This document shows, one piece after another, positions 59,501 to 64,000 of a DNA stretch of 64,000 nt. Under the pieces are notes generated by a model. It did not search any database and was not told where the DNA came from. It saw only the letters and a list, made by a program, of their open reading frames with translations. Within the stretch, counting starts at the first letter, position 1. Every line of letters begins with the position of its first letter. The position numbers and the translations under genes are program-made. The DNA is from Candidatus Kaiserbacteria bacterium (GTDB taxonomy: Bacteria > Patescibacteriota > Minisyncoccia > Phycocordibacterales > UBA918), in the NCBI GenBank assembly GCA_031430855.1, contig JANPCG010000010.1, forward strand, positions 35,714 through 99,713, written 5' to 3'.

Positions 59501-59709
59501 TCTTCAAGTTTTACCGTAATCAACTCTTCAATATCAGCGGCCGAGGCACCTGGATAGACCGTCTGAATGTTACCAACCGGAACAATAACTTCAGGGAATG
59601 ATTCTTTAGGAATCACCAACACTGCGTAAATACCGAGACCTACCAGAGTCAACATCAACAAAATACTAAATTCTCGCTTATGGAGAAAAAATAACCAGAG
59701 ACTATGCAT
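56539..59709 (-). CDS. RND (AcrB/MdtB-like) permease
   Basis: YPGASA.DIE, GILVDSGIVV.E, RFRPIMLTT.TT..GMIPL. Confidence 0.93.
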   Translation of the reverse strand: MHSLWLFFLHKREFSILLMLTLVGLGIYAVLVIPKESFPEVIVPVGNIQTVYPGASAADIEELITVKLEDAVSNLDDIENLTSVSRDDVSFISVEFTASADIDKSIQKLRDAVDGAKNELPADANDPIVTEVDFSNQPINIIAISSDLSPSAFTALGEKLKDEFTGVAGVSEVVISGTRERQIQVIVKEEALSAFGIGIADVTNALRQANLTVPVGTVSTAGIEYAVRFEGKIETVEDVMSVPIKSASGQTVYVRDVATVSDSVNKETSISRVSVSGSPSETSMTVTVFKKAGGDVTDVTDKVLARLDELQKPEALLSDSQVLVVFDQGEQVRKDLSELIKAGLETVALVVLVLLLTIGWRESLVAALSIPLSFVIAFIGLYASGNTINFISLFALILSVGILVDSGIVVTEAIHTRLRKGGNAVEAAERSIKEYAWPLIAGTMTTIAVFAPLFFLSGVTGEFISSIPFTIIFVLFASIFVALGLVPLLAIYLTSNAHSNRFEEKQEEYNTKAQFWYRTKLVNFLQSKIKQRILLWSLFLSLFIALLLPVTGLLKVIFFPPEDADSIYVEIETPQGTPVAQTDLVVRAVEEVLYEKDYIESFTTTAGSGSAFTGSTDAGGKFANITVELKSDRTESSIDLAAKLRKDFGAINGGTISITEQQNGPPTGAPVFIKLSGDSLSDLLVTSDAAEKLLQDIPGARDVEASSKSNATEFVLTVDKAKASALGVSPAAVGGILRTAVFGVEATTINEDGEDIAVVVRLGLDKTTADAAATPKITIDTLQNLSVQSVTGASVPLSSVMSESLAPANASINREDKIRQVTVSAFTAEGVVSSEVVTAFKARVSELNAPAGVVISYGGEAENVNESFSEMGIAFLVGLLLMLAILVLSFNSVRYSLYLLLVVPYSLIGVFVGLAGTGLALSFTSLLGVIALAGVIINHNIILMDSMITHKGSQREDESLIDQVADASVSRFRPIMLTTITTVIGMIPLSRISDFWSPLAFAIMYGLTFAMILTLVLVPTLYYRNEKHKLDKAAGKFKDQTWGQYFYSYLPWSKLD

Positions 59710-59710
59710 A

Positions 59711-61282
59711 TTATTTTGTTGCTAGAGTTACGACCGTCCCTTCTTTAAGACCACGCGCGTCGACTACGACGATAGTTTCGAGCGTAACGCCACTTTCTAC
59801 CGTAACAAATTCGCCATTAATTGCTCCAAGCACAACAGGAACGCCAACTAACTTTGTTTCGTTACCAACAGTGAACACCACCGGGCCAGTACCCGTCATT
59901 TTAATTGCTGAGAGAGGAATAACGATATCAGTCATTTCGGTCACCGTCTGCGTTGCAAAATCAATCGAAACCGTTGAACCATTTTGAAGATTCGTCGATT
60001 CAATGGCACTAATTTTAAGAGCTACTTTACCGGTTGTTGGGTCAATTGCTCCCGCAATGGTAGCAATGGTACCAGTAGCTGTACCATCTATTGTCACCAT
60101 GTCACCAACTTTGATTCGAACACTTTCTTCTTGACTGACTGAGGTACTAATTTCGAGCCCGTTGTTTTTATTTGCCACAATTGCCGCGGGAGCACCAGGG
60201 TTCGCATATTCACCCGTTTTGAGATAAAGGGCATTCACTACACCAGCAATTGGCGTACGAACGAGCGTTCGTTCATAATTGGCCTGGGCAGCACGGAGTG
60301 AACCGAGAGCAATCTTTACCTGCGCGTCTGCACTTGAAACAGTAGGACCAGATCCAGCAATTTGGGCGCGATTCGCATTTTCTTTTGCGGCATTCAATCC
60401 CGTTCGAGCACCGTCAATAGAGGCCAGGATTCCAACTAACTGTCCCCGGGTAACATTAAGTGATGCCGCGATGGCTCGAAACTCTTCTTCACTCAACAAA
60501 GAGTTACCTTTTTCATTTTGTGCATTCGTAATAAACATATCTGTCATCTCAAGCACTAACTTTGTGGTCTTCTCGGCTTCATTGAGTGCTCCAGTAAGAT
60601 CACCGGAAGCAGTAAGGGACGTAGATTTAGTTTGCCATGCAGGTAATGAATTTTGGAGTGAAATCCGACTTGAATTAAGAGCACTTGAATTACTACCACC
60701 GAGACGTACGCCTGGAATCTGACCATTAGGATTAGCAAAGTATTTATCTAATGTACCGAAGACCACACCGGACACAGAGGTGTAGGCATTTTTATAGGTA
60801 GTGACCGCTCCATTTTCCGCAGCGGTAATCGCATTCTTCGCTTCATTAATTCCCACACCACCCTGCGCTGCACCAGCGAGAGCAGCTTCATAGGCACCTT
60901 GGGCTTGGAGTAGTGACGCACTTTCAGCCGCACTTTCCATTCGTGCGAGAATTGTACCCGCTGCAACCGCATCACCGAGCGAGACCGTCACTGCGGTAAT
61001 CCGTCCTCCAGCTTCAGTTTGGAGGCGCGCTTCTGAAACGGCAGAGACTGAACCGACGGCCGTAAAACTACTACCGGAAACCATACTACGCACCGAAGCA
61101 ACTTTCACACTTGGAGTTGGTGTTTCAACGACCATCTCTTCTGCAGCGCCGCCACGAAAGAAGGCGACATAGATAATAACGATAGCTAAAACTGCATATA
61201 CTACCTTCACGGCTGTACGTCGGAACTTCAGAGTACTGACATCAACTACCAATCCGCGCAAATACTGAATCGCTGTATTCAT
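59711..61282 (-). CDS. RND membrane-fusion adaptor with long coiled-coil insert
   Basis: GGRI..V.V..GD.V..G, VRTPIAGVV, IDPTTGK, IPLSAI. Confidence 0.88.
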   Translation of the reverse strand: MNTAIQYLRGLVVDVSTLKFRRTAVKVVYAVLAIVIIYVAFFRGGAAEEMVVETPTPSVKVASVRSMVSGSSFTAVGSVSAVSEARLQTEAGGRITAVTVSLGDAVAAGTILARMESAAESASLLQAQGAYEAALAGAAQGGVGINEAKNAITAAENGAVTTYKNAYTSVSGVVFGTLDKYFANPNGQIPGVRLGGSNSSALNSSRISLQNSLPAWQTKSTSLTASGDLTGALNEAEKTTKLVLEMTDMFITNAQNEKGNSLLSEEEFRAIAASLNVTRGQLVGILASIDGARTGLNAAKENANRAQIAGSGPTVSSADAQVKIALGSLRAAQANYERTLVRTPIAGVVNALYLKTGEYANPGAPAAIVANKNNGLEISTSVSQEESVRIKVGDMVTIDGTATGTIATIAGAIDPTTGKVALKISAIESTNLQNGSTVSIDFATQTVTEMTDIVIPLSAIKMTGTGPVVFTVGNETKLVGVPVVLGAINGEFVTVESGVTLETIVVVDARGLKEGTVVTLATK

Positions 61283-61396
61283 ATAATAGGTTAATTTAAA
61301 ATGCTTACTATGTTAAGTAGTTATATAGTAACACTAATATTGATGAATGTCGATACCTCACGATCATGAGCACCACACCTATCGCTATGATAGAAT

Positions 61397-61720
61397 ATGC
61401 CTCATATGTTAGGAAAAATAAAGAATTACGCAATAAAAAAAGTAGTACAGTCACAAATGAAGAACGTTCCCGCTGACCAGCAGGAAATGATCATGAGTAT
61501 GCTCGAAAAGGATCCGGCCATGTTCGAAAAGATTGCCAAGGAGATGCAAGCAGAACTCAAAGCCAATGGCAACAACCAAATGGCAGCCGCCATGAAGGTA
61601 TTGCCGAAATATCAAAAAGAAATTATGTCCGCCATGACTCCTGAGATGAAAGAAAAAATGATTAAGATGCAGATGGGGACTCAAGGGCAGTTTAATCCGA
61701 ATGGTTCAATTCGACGTTAA
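61397..61720 (+). CDS. Met/Gln/Lys-rich small helical protein
   Basis: VPADQQEMIMSMLEKDPAMFEKIAKE. Confidence 0.7.
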   Translation: MPHMLGKIKNYAIKKVVQSQMKNVPADQQEMIMSMLEKDPAMFEKIAKEMQAELKANGNNQMAAAMKVLPKYQKEIMSAMTPEMKEKMIKMQMGTQGQFNPNGSIRR

Positions 61721-61860
61721 TTCGAAGAATTAACGAAAAACTTGCCAGTGGCAAGTTTTGTTCGAATTGAAAGACGGAACAAGCACAGCGGGGTGAGTCA
61801 GGGTCGTGAGCGATATATAAATAATGAGTTTACGAATATATTTATAATCGACTCCTGACG
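61705..61860. repeat. Structured element of the family that trails tRNA-Ala(GGC)
   Basis: ttcaattcga/tcgaattgaa inversion, then gaaagacgga...gagtcagggtcgtgagc...actcctgac. Confidence 0.65.
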
Positions 61861-61947
61861 TATTTAGAGATAGAACAATGCACACACGCGCAGTAATCAA
61901 CAGCGGGTGACCTTCGGTCGCCCGCTTGTCGTATATACTCTTACTAT

Positions 61948-62526
61948 ATGTCAAAGAAAATTGTTGTCTTGTGTGGACACCCTGACAAGGATTCATACAC
62001 AGGCTTCGTCGCCGATCATTATCAAGCCGGAGCACAGGATGCCGGACACGAAGTCATGCGTGTTAATATCGGAGAAATGAATTTTGACCCGATTCTCCAC
62101 AAAGGCTACAAAGAAATCCAACACCTCGAACCAGACCTCATCGACCTCCAGAATAAATTCCGCGAGGCTGATCATATCGTGATTGTGTACCCAAACTGGT
62201 GGTGCACGATGCCTGCTATTCTCAAAGGACTGTTTGATCGTTTCTGGCTCCCTGGTTTTGCTTTTAATTTTAATAAAGAAACTAAAAAGATTGAAAAACA
62301 CCTGAAAGGGAAGACGGCCCGCGTGATTATCCTCTCTGGATCACACTCACCATTTAAAACATGGTGGAACTTCGGTGACTTTACCAATGAAATTCAATAC
62401 GGAATCCTTGAATTTGCAGGAATTCGTACTGCCGTCTCAGCCTATGGTCCCTGCGAGAAGGTAGACGGCATCTGCCGCGAAAAATGGCTCCGTGAAGTCG
62501 AACGGATGGGAGCAAAGGGAATCTAA
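61948..62526 (+). CDS. Flavodoxin-fold NAD(P)H:quinone oxidoreductase
   Basis: GHP...S, ADHIVIVYPNWW..PAILKGLFDR...GFAF, LKGKTA. Confidence 0.9.
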   Translation: MSKKIVVLCGHPDKDSYTGFVADHYQAGAQDAGHEVMRVNIGEMNFDPILHKGYKEIQHLEPDLIDLQNKFREADHIVIVYPNWWCTMPAILKGLFDRFWLPGFAFNFNKETKKIEKHLKGKTARVIILSGSHSPFKTWWNFGDFTNEIQYGILEFAGIRTAVSAYGPCEKVDGICREKWLREVERMGAKGI

Positions 62527-62633
62527 GTACCAACCTATATTTTAAGCATAAAAGTCAACCTAATGTTGACTTTTATGTTTTTTTGTGATATTGTACTTGG
62601 CAGTGAAATAACGTCCTTCGAAAGGGGAGTATC

Positions 62634-62987
62634 ATGAAATTGTTGATTGGAGGCGCACTCATTGGTATTGCGCTTCTCTCTGGGTGCGTTGAACCCAGTA
62701 CAACCACTCGTCCAGCACCAATGGTGTCGAGTGAGACCGTTCTCACGTGTCCCACTGGAGCTGACTGTCGCGCCGGCGGACAATCAGGCGTCCGGGTGAC
62801 AGTCGACGAATACGGTTACGTCCGTGGCCAGGCCGTCATCGAACAGTGGTCGCAGTGGGGCGACGAACGCCCCCCGATCAAGTTCGAACCCATCCGTCAG
62901 CCGAAACGGTACTACAATGGGCGTCAGCATGACGCCAACAAGTGCTACTGGTACAAGAAACAAAACGGAGAAAAAGCATGCCTCTGA
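62634..62987 (+). CDS. Putative lipoprotein
   Basis: GGGGAG SD; lipobox LSGC. Confidence 0.65.
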   Translation: MKLLIGGALIGIALLSGCVEPSTTTRPAPMVSSETVLTCPTGADCRAGGQSGVRVTVDEYGYVRGQAVIEQWSQWGDERPPIKFEPIRQPKRYYNGRQHDANKCYWYKKQNGEKACL

Positions 62988-63241
62988 AATCGCTCATCCT
63001 GCTTTTTGCCCTCATACTGTCGGCCTGCGGCGGAGACATTCCCGAGGGTGGCACCACATACGGTCACTTCTCGAGTGACATCCCGGGTCTGACAGCAGCC
63101 TACGCCGCCACCGCCGCGGCCAAGCTAGAACGCTCCTGTGCAGCCGGAAGCACGGGCGGCGCCGCAGCTGTGCGCGTCACCGCGCAGACGACCGAACTTG
63201 GTCTCACCAACAGTCGCATCACGCATGTGCGCACCTGCTGA
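62978..63241 (+). CDS. Putative lipoprotein
   Basis: GGAG SD; MPLKSLILLFALILSAC; overlaps the upstream stop. Confidence 0.6.
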   Translation: MPLKSLILLFALILSACGGDIPEGGTTYGHFSSDIPGLTAAYAATAAAKLERSCAAGSTGGAAAVRVTAQTTELGLTNSRITHVRTC

Positions 63242-63263
63242 ACGAGAGACCTGCAAAACATTG

Positions 63264-63295
63264 AAGGCGGCAGACATCCCCGTTTGCCGCCTTTT
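63264..63295 (+). terminator. Intrinsic terminator
   Basis: aaggcggcagac...gtttgccgcctttt. Confidence 0.75.
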
Positions 63296-63360
63296 CCTAT
63301 GCCTGGATTTAAAATTCCTGTAATCACATTCACTCCAGCCCGGTATGGTAAGCTATAGCT

Positions 63361-63756
63361 ATGAATGAATCTTCCTGGTACCAAGAATTGATCCGTCCGA
63401 CGTGGGCACCTCCAGCCTGGCTGTTTGGCCCCGTCTGGAGTGTCCTCTATGTCATAATTGCCATTTCTTTTGGCTACGTTTTCTATAAAACCTATCAAAG
63501 CGTCATCCCGCTGATGGTTGCCGTACCATTTGCCCTCAATCTCTTTTTTAATATCATTTTCACCCCCATCCAGTTTGGACTTAAAAGTAACGGACTCGCC
63601 GCGCTTGATATCCTTCTCGTGCTTGTAACCCTAGTTTGGGCTATGTACGCCATCTATCCCTATGCTAAATGGGTCGCGCTCGTGAATATCCCGTACCTCG
63701 CTTGGGTATGTTTTGCCACCGTCCTTCAACTCACTATTACCTACCTTAACTGGTAG
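63361..63756 (+). CDS. tspO: TspO/MBR family protein
   Basis: WYQEL.RP.WAPPAWLFGPVWSVLY, PYLAWVCFATVL. Confidence 0.9.
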   Translation: MNESSWYQELIRPTWAPPAWLFGPVWSVLYVIIAISFGYVFYKTYQSVIPLMVAVPFALNLFFNIIFTPIQFGLKSNGLAALDILLVLVTLVWAMYAIYPYAKWVALVNIPYLAWVCFATVLQLTITYLNW

Positions 63757-63816
63757 TCTATCTACCAACGTACCGTGGTAGCCCTCCGATAGTTTCTCTG
63801 TTAGAGTAACCAATAT

Positions 63817-64000
63817 ATGCAACCAGTTTCATTTGGAAGGGAAGTAGCGAGCGTATTGTTACGAGTAACCGCCGTCGTACTTACTATTGTCTTACTTATT
63901 GTCAGTTTAGCGTTTTTAAGTATCGGTAGTTTCAGTTCGATTAGCGATGGGGAATGTACCATTGCCGTGATGCCCATTGAAGGCACCATTATGCCATTTG
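63817..64000 (+). CDS. Start of a probable S49 (SppA-like) peptidase, 3'-truncated
   Basis: Own translation: MQPVSFGRE...TM...CTIAVMPIEGTIMPF, resembling the IAVIxIxGxI start of SppA. Confidence 0.5.
   Translation, partial: MQPVSFGREVASVLLRVTAVVLTIVLLIVSLAFLSIGSFSSISDGECTIAVMPIEGTIMPF

Noticed and set aside
63801-63989. Minus-strand 62-aa ORF
   Set aside because: It is antisense to a more plausible plus-strand gene starting at 63817.
1-64000. CRISPR array, DGR or retron
   Set aside because: No regularly spaced repeats, cas genes or reverse transcriptase seen; the duplicated gene tails do not differ specifically at adenines.

Overview
The window looks like chromosomal DNA from a Patescibacteria/CPR bacterium, probably Parcubacteria. 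This is inferred from cohesin-bearing surface proteins, a short UvrC, a RAYT transposase and leaderless-type promoters. The first ~33.7 kb is one co-oriented cell-surface locus: two giant repetitive secreted proteins (>2600 aa, 5'-truncated; 2065 aa), each sharing its C-terminal domain with a smaller partner (624 aa; 383 aa), three membrane-anchored DUF916/DUF3324-like proteins (one fused to LytR_C), three cohesin-like and two dockerin-like modules with no CAZyme domains, an FN3 protein, a beta-propeller protein and a MacB-type ABC pair. This is the best candidate for an undescribed system: a chaperone-assembled fibre or adhesin apparatus tethered by cohesin-dockerin scaffolds. The remainder carries a Cys-less TlpA-like protein, an AI-2E transporter, a CapA-like protein, FKBP, a tgt lacking its zinc cysteines, a frameshifted RAYT with REPs, uvrB/uvrA/uvrC, a two-component pair, ddl, two tRNA-Ala, a 6S-like RNA candidate, an RND pump and TspO. 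Intergenic DNA contains two families of small structured elements, one of which duplicates and inverts the 3' end of the gene or tRNA it follows. All assignments come from reading motifs by eye; no searches were run.
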